Assembly: GCA_021778515.1 (NCBI GenBank) | Contig: JAJYCJ010000005.1 | Coordinates: 1,341 to 65,340, forward strand | Origin: Acidobacteriota bacterium | Lineage (GTDB): Bacteria > Acidobacteriota > UBA4820 > DSQY01 | Direction: 5' to 3' | Length of the DNA: 64,000 bases | In this document: positions 44,414-53,942 of the stretch, in pieces | How the letters are laid out: each line of letters starts with the position of its first letter | Position numbering within the stretch: position 1 is the stretch's first letter | Position numbers and translations under genes: made by a program | Notes under the pieces: model-generated | What the model saw: only the letters and a program-made list of their open reading frames with translations | Told to the model about the DNA's origin: nothing | Database searches by the model: none

Positions 44414-45589
44414 CTAGAGTTCCCTCAGGGCCGTCGCCACGGGCATCCGGGCCGCGCGCAGGGCCGGCAGGAGGCCGCCGAGGAAGCCCATGACCAGGGC
44501 GAAGAGCAGCCCTTTCGCCAGAAGATCCGGCGTCACCCTGAAGGCGAAGGCGATCTGCGAAAAGCTCTGCCAGTTGAGGGTAGAGGTGGTCAACCCGTTG
44601 ACGGGCAGCACCACGACGCAGCCCAGCAGGCCGCCGATCAGCGCGATGAAGAGGGCCTCCACCATCCAGGAAAGCACCACGCTCGCGCCTGAGAAGCCCA
44701 GCGCCCTCAGGGTGGCGATCTCCCGGGCCCTGGCTGCCACGGAGGAGTACATGGTGTTGAAGGCGCCGAACACTGCGCCGATGCCCATGACGGAGGCCAC
44801 CAGAAATCCCAGGACCCGTATCATGGTCGAGACGGCCCTGGACTGCTTGGCGTAGTAGTCCGTCTCGCGGTCGGCCTGCACCGTGAGGCGGGGATCGGAG
44901 GCCAGCGCCCTCTTGAAGTCACCCAGGGCGGCAGGAGAGGTCAGGCGAACCGTGACCGATGAGAAGATGTCCTCGGGACGCTTGTAGGTCTGGCTCAGCA
45001 CGGGCTGATCCGCCCAGACTTCCGAATCGAAGGCGCTTCCGCCCGAGTCCATGATCCCCACCACGCGCCAGGTCCGTCCCCCGAAGCTGGGGGTGTCCCC
45101 CAGGCCGAAGCCCGAGTACATCGTGGAGGCGCTCTTCCCCGCTACCAGCTCGGCCAGCCCCGGCCGAAGGAATCGCCCGCTCACGATGCGGACGCTGCGA
45201 TGGACCTTGAGGGCCTGCTCCGACACGCCGCGGACGGGCGCCAGCGCGTCCGAGTCGGAGGCGCGATGGTGGAAGGCCGCCACCACGAACACCTCGCCGC
45301 TCACCAGGGGGTGGCCCTCCTCGTCGTGGGCCACGCCGGGCGCTCCGGCGATCACCTGGAGCTGCTCCCGCGTCACCACCGATTCCATCTCCGTCGTGGC
45401 CCCCCCTCTCATGACGATGGCGTTCGAGGGTGAACCGGAGTCCACGAGGGTGAGCTGAAATCCCCTGGCCATGGAGAGCATGGCCACGAAGACCGCCACC
45501 ACCCCGGCGATGCCGAGGACCGCCACGAGGTTGCTGCGCCAGCGGGCCCTGACGCTGCGGACGTTGTAGATCAGGGGAATGGCGCTCAC
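44414..45589 (-). CDS. ABC transporter permease (MacB/FtsX family)
   Basis: MacB topology; NTMYSSVAARAREIATLRALGF. Confidence 0.92.
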   Translation of the reverse strand: MSAIPLIYNVRSVRARWRSNLVAVLGIAGVVAVFVAMLSMARGFQLTLVDSGSPSNAIVMRGGATTEMESVVTREQLQVIAGAPGVAHDEEGHPLVSGEVFVVAAFHHRASDSDALAPVRGVSEQALKVHRSVRIVSGRFLRPGLAELVAGKSASTMYSGFGLGDTPSFGGRTWRVVGIMDSGGSAFDSEVWADQPVLSQTYKRPEDIFSSVTVRLTSPAALGDFKRALASDPRLTVQADRETDYYAKQSRAVSTMIRVLGFLVASVMGIGAVFGAFNTMYSSVAARAREIATLRALGFSGASVVLSWMVEALFIALIGGLLGCVVVLPVNGLTTSTLNWQSFSQIAFAFRVTPDLLAKGLLFALVMGFLGGLLPALRAARMPVATALREL

Positions 45590-45710
45590 GGAAGAGGCCC
45601 TCCGGGCAGGGTCGCGAATGGCGGAATGCGAGCGGTCAGCTGAAGGAACGGGGAGCCTCTTCTCGCTTCCTCCCGCTCGACCTTCGCCCCTCGGCCTTCG
45701 CCACGCATGG

Positions 45711-46850
45711 TCACACCCTCCGCAGCGCTTCCACGATCTTGAGCCGCATGGCCAGGAGGGCGGGAATGATCCCCGAGACCACGCCGACCGCCACCGTGAG
45801 CGCCAACCCCAGGGCCATCTTCCCGGGGCTCAGGTAGAAGACCGGCAGGAGGCCTCCCGTGGGGTCTCCCCGAAGCGTGAAGAGCTTCACGGCCGCCAAT
45901 CCCAGCACTCCTCCCTGGAGGGCGTAGGCCACCGATTCTCCGAGCACCAGCCACAGCACCGATGCGTCGGTAAATCCGATGGTCTTGAGCACCGCGAGCT
46001 CCGCGGTCCGCTCGCGGACGGCCATGGCCATGGCGTTGCCGGTCACGAGGAGGAGGGTGAAGAAGACCACGCCCCCGATGACGAGAATGAGGAGCTGGAT
46101 GTTTCCCACCTGTTTGACGAATCCCGCGGCAAAGGCCTTCTCGCTCTCCGCCGACGTCTCCCACGGGGAATTGGCGAAGCGGCCGTCGATGGCCTCGGCC
46201 ACGCGGGCGGCCTCGTTCGGGTCGGCCACCTGCACCACGTACCAGCCCACCATGCCCTTGCCCCAGGCGCGGCGTTCTTCGAGATAGTCGCTCCGGAACC
46301 AGAACTGCGTGGTGTCGTCCTCGCTGCGCGCGGCGTCGTAAATGCCCCGGATGTTGAACTCCCAGACGCCCCCGAAGATGGAGGCCACCAGGGGAACCCG
46401 GTCTCCGATCTTCCAGCCGAACCTCTCTGCGGTCTTGCGCCCCACGATGCATCCCTCCCGGTCCTGGAGGAAGGCCTCCCACTCCCCCCGCGGCACCTTG
46501 AACTCGGGATAAATCTTGAGCCAGGTCTCCTTGTACACCGCGAACTGGGGGAAGAAGTTCTTTGGATCCTGGTAGTACCCGCCGAACCAGGTCGCATAGG
46601 TCACCGCCTTGACGCCGGGGATCTGGAGCATCCGCTCCCTGTACGAAACGGGAAGGGGCATGATGAGGGAGACCTTGTTGCGGACCACCAGGCGGTCGAC
46701 GCCGGCCACCTCCACGCCCTGGTTGAAGGCCGTCTGAATGGCCGCCAGAAGGCCGTACAGGAAGAGGGCCACCGCGAAGGAGCCTATGGTCAGCGTGGTG
46801 CGGACCTTCTTCCTGCGCAGGTTCGACCAGATCAGGGCGAAGTACTTCAT
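45711..46850 (-). CDS. ABC transporter permease (MacB/FtsX family)
   Basis: NLRRKKVRTTLT, NAMAMAVRERTAELAVLKTIGF. Confidence 0.92.
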   Translation of the reverse strand: MKYFALIWSNLRRKKVRTTLTIGSFAVALFLYGLLAAIQTAFNQGVEVAGVDRLVVRNKVSLIMPLPVSYRERMLQIPGVKAVTYATWFGGYYQDPKNFFPQFAVYKETWLKIYPEFKVPRGEWEAFLQDREGCIVGRKTAERFGWKIGDRVPLVASIFGGVWEFNIRGIYDAARSEDDTTQFWFRSDYLEERRAWGKGMVGWYVVQVADPNEAARVAEAIDGRFANSPWETSAESEKAFAAGFVKQVGNIQLLILVIGGVVFFTLLLVTGNAMAMAVRERTAELAVLKTIGFTDASVLWLVLGESVAYALQGGVLGLAAVKLFTLRGDPTGGLLPVFYLSPGKMALGLALTVAVGVVSGIIPALLAMRLKIVEALRRV

Positions 46851-47596
46851 CTCTCCGCCGGCTTGCTCGCGGGCCCGCTGCGCTCCGGCCCGCTCGTGGT
46901 TCCCTCCACGAGCGCGCCCTTCTCCATGTGGAGCACCACTTCGGCCCTCTCGGCCGCCCTGGGATCGTGGGTGACCATGAGCACCGTCTTGCCGTAGCGC
47001 GACGAGAGGGCCGACAGCAAGGCCAGGACCTCGTCGGCGCTTCGCCGGTCCAGGTCTCCCGTGGGCTCGTCGCACAACAGGAAGGTGGGGTCCGCCACGA
47101 TGGCCCTAGCTATGGCCACGCGCTGCTCCTGGCCGCCCGAGAGCTGGCGGGGGTAATAGTCGGTCCGGTCACCAAGCCCCACGAGGGCCAGGGCCGTCTC
47201 CACGTGCCGGCGCCGCTGGGGCTTGGTGAGGCGGGTCAGCATGAGCGGCAGCTCCACGTTCTGAAAAGCCGTCAGCACGGGCAGGAGGTTGTACATCTGA
47301 AAGATGAACCCCACGTGGCGGGCCCGCCAGTTGGCGAGCTTGGGCCCAGAGAGGCGCGTGATCTCGTCGCCGGCGACGGTGATGCTCCCCGCCGTCGGCA
47401 GATCCAGCCCCCCCAGGAGGTTGAGCAAGGTCGTCTTTCCCGAGCCGCTGGGGCCCATGAAGGCCACGAAATCCCCCTCATCCACGCAGAGGTTCAGGCC
47501 CTGCAGGACGTGCACGTCCTGGCCGCCCCGGCGGTAGGTCTTATCGAGGTTGCGGACCCGGATGAGCGCATCGCCGTTATCGTCAAGTCTGACCAT
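46847..47596 (-). CDS. ABC transporter ATP-binding protein (LolD/MacB-like)
   Basis: [31 protein letters not shown]. Confidence 0.95.
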   Translation of the reverse strand: MVRLDDNGDALIRVRNLDKTYRRGGQDVHVLQGLNLCVDEGDFVAFMGPSGSGKTTLLNLLGGLDLPTAGSITVAGDEITRLSGPKLANWRARHVGFIFQMYNLLPVLTAFQNVELPLMLTRLTKPQRRRHVETALALVGLGDRTDYYPRQLSGGQEQRVAIARAIVADPTFLLCDEPTGDLDRRSADEVLALLSALSSRYGKTVLMVTHDPRAAERAEVVLHMEKGALVEGTTSGPERSGPASKPAER

Positions 47597-47704
47597 CGAA
47601 GCGGCCCCCTCGTTGCTTCCATTGAAAGGGAATCCGAGGCGGGCCGGGGAAAGATCTGGCACCCCGCGGTCCGAGCGTCACTCGAACCGCTTCCCCAGCC
47701 CCGC

Positions 47705-48931
47705 TCAGGACCCCTTCACCTTGACGCGCTGGCCGTCTCTCAAGTGATCCACCCCCGAAACGGCCACCACGTCTCCCGGTGAGAGGCCTTCGAGGATCTC
47801 AACCTCGGAGCCCCGCTTCTCGCCCAGCTTCACCGGCGTGATCCGGAGCCTGCCGTCGAGCACCTTGAACGCCACTGGGCCTCCGTTCCCGGCCCGCACC
47901 GCGGCGGCCGGCACGAGGGCCTTGGCCTTGCCCGGCTTCAGGGCTTCGGGATTCAGGAAGGCCACCTTCGCCCCCATGTCCGGCAGGATCCTAGGGTCCA
48001 GGCGGTCGAACGCGATGCGCACCTTCACCGTGGCCTTCTGACGGTCCGCCGTAGGAATGACCGTTCGCACCTTGCAGGGAATCTGCCAGTCGGGGTAGGC
48101 ATCCAAGGTCGCCACCACCTCCTGGCCGGGCTCGACCTTGGCGATGTAGGACTCGTTCACGTCCACTTCGATTTCCAGGGAGGACATGTCGACGATGGTG
48201 GATATGCCGGTTCGCGTGAAACCTCCTCCGGCCGAGACGGGGGAGACGATCTCCCCGGGCTGGGCGTCCTTGGACACCGCCACGCCCGCGAAGGGGGCCC
48301 GGATGACGCAGTTGTCGAGGTCCCTCCGGGCGACGGCCATCCGGGCCACGGCGGCCTGGACCTGGTCCCGCTGGAGGACGACCTGGGCCTTGAGGCCGTC
48401 CACGGAAGCCCGCGCCTGATCGAGGCTCTGCTGGTCGGCGTAGCCGCTGGCGGCCAGCGCGCCGGTCCGGCGCAGCTCCCGCTCCGCCTCGGCCAGGTCC
48501 ACCCGGAGCTTGGGGATGGCCGCGGCCGCCACCAGGCGGTCCGCCACGGCGGCCTGGTAGGCCGCTCGCGCGTCCGAGTCGTCCAGCCGCGCGAGCACCT
48601 GGCCCGCGGTCACGTGCATCCCCTCCTCCACCAGGACCTCGCTGACCCTGCCGGTGACCTTGGCCGCCACCGTGGCCTTGCGCCTGGCCGTCACGTAGCC
48701 GCTGGCGTTGAGCACCGTCGCGGCCTCCACGCCCGAGGCCGGACGGACGGCCGCGGTCTCCACGGACACCGTTCGAGTGGAGGCCCAGGCCGCGATGAGC
48801 AGGAGGATCAGCACCGCGACGGCGCCAGCGGCGATCCACCAACGCCGCGAAAGGCGGCCGCTTCCCCGCTCCGCCGGATCGATCTTCAAAGCCGATAGGT
48901 CCGGCGCGCCGGACTCCCGCTCTTCGTTCAT
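47705..48931 (-). CDS. Efflux periplasmic adaptor (MacA/HlyD family)
   Basis: TM anchor, LNASGYV, V.EG..V..GQVLARLD, IRAPFAG, PTADRQKATVKV. Confidence 0.92.
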   Translation of the reverse strand: MNEERESGAPDLSALKIDPAERGSGRLSRRWWIAAGAVAVLILLLIAAWASTRTVSVETAAVRPASGVEAATVLNASGYVTARRKATVAAKVTGRVSEVLVEEGMHVTAGQVLARLDDSDARAAYQAAVADRLVAAAAIPKLRVDLAEAERELRRTGALAASGYADQQSLDQARASVDGLKAQVVLQRDQVQAAVARMAVARRDLDNCVIRAPFAGVAVSKDAQPGEIVSPVSAGGGFTRTGISTIVDMSSLEIEVDVNESYIAKVEPGQEVVATLDAYPDWQIPCKVRTVIPTADRQKATVKVRIAFDRLDPRILPDMGAKVAFLNPEALKPGKAKALVPAAAVRAGNGGPVAFKVLDGRLRITPVKLGEKRGSEVEILEGLSPGDVVAVSGVDHLRDGQRVKVKGS

Positions 48932-49007
48932 CGCCCTTCCTTCCCCCAGGCCTTTCAACCTTCCGTTCTTCCTTCGGCCGCCAACCTTGCCACGCAGAGG
49001 CCGCGGG

Positions 49008-49526
49008 TTACGCAACGCCTCCGCCCAGCCCGAAGGACTCCCAGCCGCCCCTGAGGGTGCGCACCCTCAAGAGACACTCCGGCAGGTCGAAACGGAGGGT
49101 CCGGCCCTGGCTCCCCCCCGTCAGTTCGAGCGCCAGCGGCACGGCGCCTTCCGCAAGCAGGGCCCTGAGTCGCTCCACATTCCTGGCCCCTATGCCCGTG
49201 TCCAGGAGCTCCGCTCCCTGGAACAGCCGGGCACCGCCCACCAGGGCCGCCCTCATTCGAGCCGGTCTCGCTCCTACGCCCACGAGGGCCTTGGACAGGG
49301 AGGGTAGCGCCTCCACTCCGTACTTGGCCGGCAGGCCTGCCCGCTCGGTCCCCCGGGGGGGTTCGCCGGGCAGCAGCACGTGGGCCAGCCCGCCGACCCC
49401 GGCCTCGGAGTCGTACAGGAGCAGCGCCACGCAGGAACCGAGCCCGTACACCGCCAGCGAACAGGCCCCGGTTTGAACGCAGAGCTGGCCGATGAAGACG
49501 GTGTGTACCGGCCTGTTATCCTCCAA
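49008..49526 (-). CDS. cheD: Chemoreceptor glutamine deamidase CheD
   Basis: GLGSCVALLLYD..GGLAHVLLP, KY, GGARLF, IGARN, TGGSQGR. Confidence 0.88.
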   Translation of the reverse strand: MEDNRPVHTVFIGQLCVQTGACSLAVYGLGSCVALLLYDSEAGVGGLAHVLLPGEPPRGTERAGLPAKYGVEALPSLSKALVGVGARPARMRAALVGGARLFQGAELLDTGIGARNVERLRALLAEGAVPLALELTGGSQGRTLRFDLPECLLRVRTLRGGWESFGLGGGVA

Positions 49527-49782
49527 GGAACTCCCTCACGCCGGGTTTCAGGAAGAGCTCCTCCAGGTTCGCGCCGGCCACCTCCCGGCGGACGAGCTCG
49601 GCCTTCTCCTCGGCATCCAGGTACCGGTTCACGATCAGCACCTTTCGGCCCCTGACCACGCAGAGGGCGCCGGCGCTCCGTATCCGGGAGGTCTCGCGGA
49701 AGTCGATCCCCATCTTGCGAAGAGCCTCCTTGAGCTCCTCGAGGAACGCCTCCCACTCCTTCCGGTTCCAGCGGCGGCTCAC
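49516..49782 (-). CDS. Small hypothetical protein
   Basis: Fills the operon gap with overlaps at both ends; GALCVVRG..LIVNR motif. Confidence 0.7.
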   Translation of the reverse strand: MSRRWNRKEWEAFLEELKEALRKMGIDFRETSRIRSAGALCVVRGRKVLIVNRYLDAEEKAELVRREVAGANLEELFLKPGVREFLGG

Positions 49783-51026
49783 GACTCCTCCATCCGCTGC
49801 AAGATATCCCGGATCTCATCGTCCGAGAGCATGTGGTCGGATTCCTTCGCGGCGCGGCAGATCTGGGTCACCTTCTCCGGCGCGGGCTCCACGCCGTGCT
49901 GGTGGAGCCAGAAGACCACGTTGGACTCGCCCGACATGGGCCCCACCTCGATGGTCTGCTGCCGGCCCACCCACGAGGCAGGCACCGACGAGTAGACCAG
50001 GTCCACGAGCTCCTTGTTCCCCATGTTGAGGGCCTTGAGCAGGGCTGAAGCGTGCACGCCCGTGCCGGTGCGGTAGGCGTCCCTGCCGAACACGGGGTAG
50101 TTCCAGGGGATGGATATCCCCACCCAGCGAGCCACCCAGTCCACATAATCGACCAGCGGCGTGAGCTCACCATCCCACAGGCCCATGAGCTTCAGGTTGA
50201 CCAGGATGAGGTCCATGGGCGTGTTGCCCACGCGCTCCCCCACTCCGAGGGCCGACCCGTGCAGCCGGTCCGCCCCGGCCTCCAGCGCCGCCAGTGTGGA
50301 GATCAGCCCGAGGCCCCGGTCCATGTGGCCGTGCCAGTCCACCTGGACGGGCTCCCCGGTCTCCTCGATCAGGTTCCTGAGGAACCGGACAATCCGGTAG
50401 GCACCGCCGGGCGTCGCGAACCCGACCGTGTCGGCGACGCAGATCCGGCGGGCGCCGCACTCGATGGCCGCCAGGTAGAGATCCCGGAGGATTTCGGGCC
50501 GGGCCCTGGTGGTGTCCTCCGTGACGTACATGACGGGCATCTTCTCCCGCGCCGCCAGCGAGACCGATTCGCGGGTGGCCTTGAGGAGAAAGGGAAGATC
50601 CCATCCCTCGGCGTAGTGGCGCACGGGGCTCGAACCGAGAAACACCGCCACCTCGATGGGCATCCCCACCTTCTGGGCGATCTTGAGAATGGGCCGGATG
50701 TCCCTCTCGAGGGTGCGCGCCGCGCAGTTGGGCGCCAGCGGGAGCCCACCGCGGTGCACCTCCCTGGCGAGAAAGAGGGTGTCCTCGTAGGCCTGGGGGC
50801 CGGCCGCGGGGAGGCCGATGTTCAGGGAATGAATGCCCAGGCGCACCAACAGATGAAGAAAGTCTCTCTTGGCCTGAAGTGGAGGAGCCTTGGCCGATGG
50901 GCTCTGGAGGCCGTCCCGCAGGGTCTCGTCGTTCAGCTGGACCCTGGAGGGAAACTTCGCCGGATTTCCGCTGAAACCGTCGCGGCCGTTCCAGTCGTAG
51001 ATCCACTCCTCGTGCCTGCCCGGCAT
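49779..51026 (-). CDS. LeuA-like DRE-TIM acyltransferase (2-isopropylmalate/homocitrate synthase family) without a regulatory domain
   Basis: DETLRDGLQ, ADTVG, HGHMDRG, GVGERVGN, GVHA. Confidence 0.85.
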   Translation of the reverse strand: MPGRHEEWIYDWNGRDGFSGNPAKFPSRVQLNDETLRDGLQSPSAKAPPLQAKRDFLHLLVRLGIHSLNIGLPAAGPQAYEDTLFLAREVHRGGLPLAPNCAARTLERDIRPILKIAQKVGMPIEVAVFLGSSPVRHYAEGWDLPFLLKATRESVSLAAREKMPVMYVTEDTTRARPEILRDLYLAAIECGARRICVADTVGFATPGGAYRIVRFLRNLIEETGEPVQVDWHGHMDRGLGLISTLAALEAGADRLHGSALGVGERVGNTPMDLILVNLKLMGLWDGELTPLVDYVDWVARWVGISIPWNYPVFGRDAYRTGTGVHASALLKALNMGNKELVDLVYSSVPASWVGRQQTIEVGPMSGESNVVFWLHQHGVEPAPEKVTQICRAAKESDHMLSDDEIRDILQRMEES

Positions 51027-51055
51027 TCGACCAATCCCTCCCTCCAGGGGCTACC

Positions 51056-51838
51056 TCAGCGTCCCCGGAAGCTGGGCTTCCGCTTTTCCAGGAAGGCCTT
51101 GGTCCCCTCCTTCATGTCCTCGCTGGCGCAGCTCAGGGCGAAGAGGGTCGCCTCCAGGTAGCAGCCCTCTTCCATCGGCATCTCCACGCCGGCCTGGACC
51201 GCCTCGAGGATGTATCGCGCCGCGAGCGGGGCCTTGGAGGCCAGGCGCGCTCCCAGGGCGAGGGCCCTGCTCACCAGCTCTTCCTTCGGCACTACGGCGT
51301 TCACCAGCCCGATCTCGTAGGCCCTCTGGGCGGGGACACGATCGCCCGACAGGAGGACCTCCAGGGCCAGCCCCCGGCCCACGAGTCGGGACAACCGCTG
51401 CGTCCCGCCGTACCCGGGGATGATCCCGAGGTTGATCTCGGGCTGGCCGAACTGAGCCGTCTCCGAGGCCAGGCGCATGTGGCACGCCATGGCCAGCTCG
51501 CATCCCCCGCCGAGGGCGAAGCCGTTGATCGCCCCGATGACGGGCTTGGGGAAGGTCTCGATGCGCCTGAAGAGGTTCTGGCCGAAGAGGGCGAACCGGC
51601 GGCCGGCGGAGGCGTCCAGCTCGGCGATCTCCCCGATGTCGGCGCCCGCGACGAAGGCCTTATCTCCCGACCCGGTGATCACCAGGGCGCCCACCGAGCC
51701 GTCCAGCTCGGCCTCGTCCAGGGCTAGGCCGATCTCCTCCAGGGTCGCCCGGTTCAGGGCATTGAGCTTGTCCGGACGGTTGACCGTCAGGAGGGCCACG
51801 CCCTCCTTCACTTCGTAAGTCGTGTTGTGCAGGTCCAT
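51056..51838 (-). CDS. Enoyl-CoA hydratase (crotonase)
   Basis: NRPDKLNAL, AFVAGADI, ALGGGCEL, GQPEINLGIIPGYGGTQRL. Confidence 0.94.
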   Translation of the reverse strand: MDLHNTTYEVKEGVALLTVNRPDKLNALNRATLEEIGLALDEAELDGSVGALVITGSGDKAFVAGADIGEIAELDASAGRRFALFGQNLFRRIETFPKPVIGAINGFALGGGCELAMACHMRLASETAQFGQPEINLGIIPGYGGTQRLSRLVGRGLALEVLLSGDRVPAQRAYEIGLVNAVVPKEELVSRALALGARLASKAPLAARYILEAVQAGVEMPMEEGCYLEATLFALSCASEDMKEGTKAFLEKRKPSFRGR

Positions 51839-51898
51839 GCTCTCTCCTCTTTCGAGCAGGCCGAAATCGGGGCGCTCCGACGGTGCGCCTCGGGCGGA

Positions 51899-53083
51899 TC
51901 AGGCGCGTTCGAGCAGGAGCGCCATGCCCTGGCCTCCGCCGATGCAGGCCGACGCAACGCCGAATCGCACCCCGCGCCGGCGCATTTCGTACAGCAGGGT
52001 GATCACGAGCCGCGTTCCCGTGGCCGCGAGCGGGTGTCCGAGGGCGATGGCGCCCCCATTCACGTTCACCTTTTCGCGGTCCAGTTCCAGGGCCTTCTCG
52101 CAGGCGAGATACTGCGCGGCGAAGGCCTCGTTGATCTCGAAAAGATCGATCTGATCCTTCGTCAGGCCCTCGGCCTTGAGGAGCTTCTGGATGGCCGGAA
52201 CGGGACCGAATCCCATGATGGAGGGCTCCACCGCCGAATAGGACCAGCCCCTCAGGAATCCCAGCACGGGCCATCCGTGGCGTGCCGCCGTCTCCTCCTT
52301 GGTGACGACGGTGGCCGCGGCGCCATCCACGATCCCGGAGGCGTTGCCCCCCGTCACGCTCCCCTCCTTTCGGAAGGCGGGCCGGAGCTTCGAGAGGGCC
52401 TCGAAGGTGCTCTCCGGCTTTCGATGCGTGTCCTCGTCGAAGAGGACCTCTCCCTTCCGCTTGTCTTTGAGCGGAACGGGCGCCACTTCGTCGGCCAGCC
52501 TGCCCGCCCGGCGCGCCTCCTCGGCGGTCCGCTGGGAGCGGATCGCGAGGCGGTCCTGATCTTCCCTGGATATGGACCAGCGCTCGGCCAGGTTCTCCGC
52601 CGTGACGGCCATGGGGAGTTTGCAGTAGCTGTCGGTCAGGGATTCCATGAGGGTGTCCACGAAGGGCGCGTGCCCCAGGCGCAGCCCCTGCCTGGCGCCG
52701 CGCACCGCGTAGGGGGCCTGGCTCATGCTCTCGGTGCCCCCCGCGAGCACCACGGAGGCCTCGTCGAGCAGGAGCATGTGGGCCCCGCTCACGATGGCCT
52801 GGAAGCCCGAACCGCAGAGGCGGTTCACGGTCAGGGCGGGAACCTCCACGGGGATCTCCGTCCTCAGCCCGATGTGGCGCGCCAGGTAGATGGCATCCTC
52901 GCAGGTCTGCAGGACGTTCCCGAAGACGACGTGGTCCACCTGGCCGGGCTCCACCCCCGTCTGGTCGAGGACGGCCCTGGAGGCGTGCACGCCGAGGTCC
53001 ACGGCCGAGAGATGAGCCAGCTCCCCGTTGTATTCCGCCATGGGAGTCCGCCGGCCTCCCACCAAGACGAGTCCCTTTCTCAT
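51899..53083 (-). CDS. Acetyl-CoA C-acyltransferase (thiolase)
   Basis: NRLCGSG, EINEAFA, NGGAIALGHP, ACIGGGQG. Confidence 0.95.
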   Translation of the reverse strand: MRKGLVLVGGRRTPMAEYNGELAHLSAVDLGVHASRAVLDQTGVEPGQVDHVVFGNVLQTCEDAIYLARHIGLRTEIPVEVPALTVNRLCGSGFQAIVSGAHMLLLDEASVVLAGGTESMSQAPYAVRGARQGLRLGHAPFVDTLMESLTDSYCKLPMAVTAENLAERWSISREDQDRLAIRSQRTAEEARRAGRLADEVAPVPLKDKRKGEVLFDEDTHRKPESTFEALSKLRPAFRKEGSVTGGNASGIVDGAAATVVTKEETAARHGWPVLGFLRGWSYSAVEPSIMGFGPVPAIQKLLKAEGLTKDQIDLFEINEAFAAQYLACEKALELDREKVNVNGGAIALGHPLAATGTRLVITLLYEMRRRGVRFGVASACIGGGQGMALLLERA

Positions 53084-53886
53084 GCGTCACCCCCCTTTTT
53101 CTGGCTCGGCTCCACGAATTTCACCCGCAGCGTGCCGAAGCCCACGTGGCTTCCGGACTTGATCGGCGTGAGGATGCCGGTCGGGATCCTCTTGCCGTTC
53201 ACGAAGGTCCCGTTGAGCGTCCCCACCTCTTCGACGATGTAGAACTGCCCGTTGCTGTGAATCAGCTTGGCGTGCCGCCGGGAAACGCTTCGCTTCACGT
53301 CCTCGTCCGTGAGGTCCACGTCGGGAACCACCCCCGTCACGGGGTCGCGTCGCCCGATCAGGGAGATGTCCCTGTGGATGGGGAAGACCTTGAGCGATCC
53401 CTCCATCAGGAACTGCGCGATCACGGGGGGCCTCTCCTGTTCACCGGCCGCCTCTTCGTGGGAGGCCGGCGCCACCTCGTCGCCCGCAGGGGGCATGGCC
53501 TTCCCCTCCTCCAGCAGGTGCTTCTGGAACTGGTCCGTCGTCTCCCTGAGCCGGGCCGAGAGCTTCCTCAGCATGCGGACCGCGATCTCGATGTTGCTCT
53601 TGATCATCTGATCGAAGGTGGCGCCGTTGATGACGATAACCTCGGCGTCTTCCACCACCTCCGCGGTGGCGGTCCTGGGAATCCCTTCGAGGAGGCTCAT
53701 CTCGCCGAAGAAGTCGCCCTTCTCCATGACCCGGAGAAACCGCTTCTCACCGCCCACGAGCTTATAGATCTCGACGCGGCCGGACTGGACGATGAACATC
53801 TCCGCCCCCGGCTCTTCCTCGTAGAAGATGATCTCTCCCTTGCGGTAAGGGACCATGAAATCCTTGAGAGGATGGGCCATGTACAC
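53080..53886 (-). CDS. Cyclic-nucleotide-binding + FHA domain protein
   Basis: GDFFGEMSLL..PRTATA phosphate-binding cassette; IGRRD..VSRRHA..NGTFVNG FHA. Confidence 0.9.
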   Translation of the reverse strand: MYMAHPLKDFMVPYRKGEIIFYEEEPGAEMFIVQSGRVEIYKLVGGEKRFLRVMEKGDFFGEMSLLEGIPRTATAEVVEDAEVIVINGATFDQMIKSNIEIAVRMLRKLSARLRETTDQFQKHLLEEGKAMPPAGDEVAPASHEEAAGEQERPPVIAQFLMEGSLKVFPIHRDISLIGRRDPVTGVVPDVDLTDEDVKRSVSRRHAKLIHSNGQFYIVEEVGTLNGTFVNGKRIPTGILTPIKSGSHVGFGTLRVKFVEPSQKKGGDA

Positions 53887-53942
53887 CCCCGTCTTGGACC
53901 CAATCTACCCCAGCGCCCGGCTGTTAATCAATTGCGCGGCGC

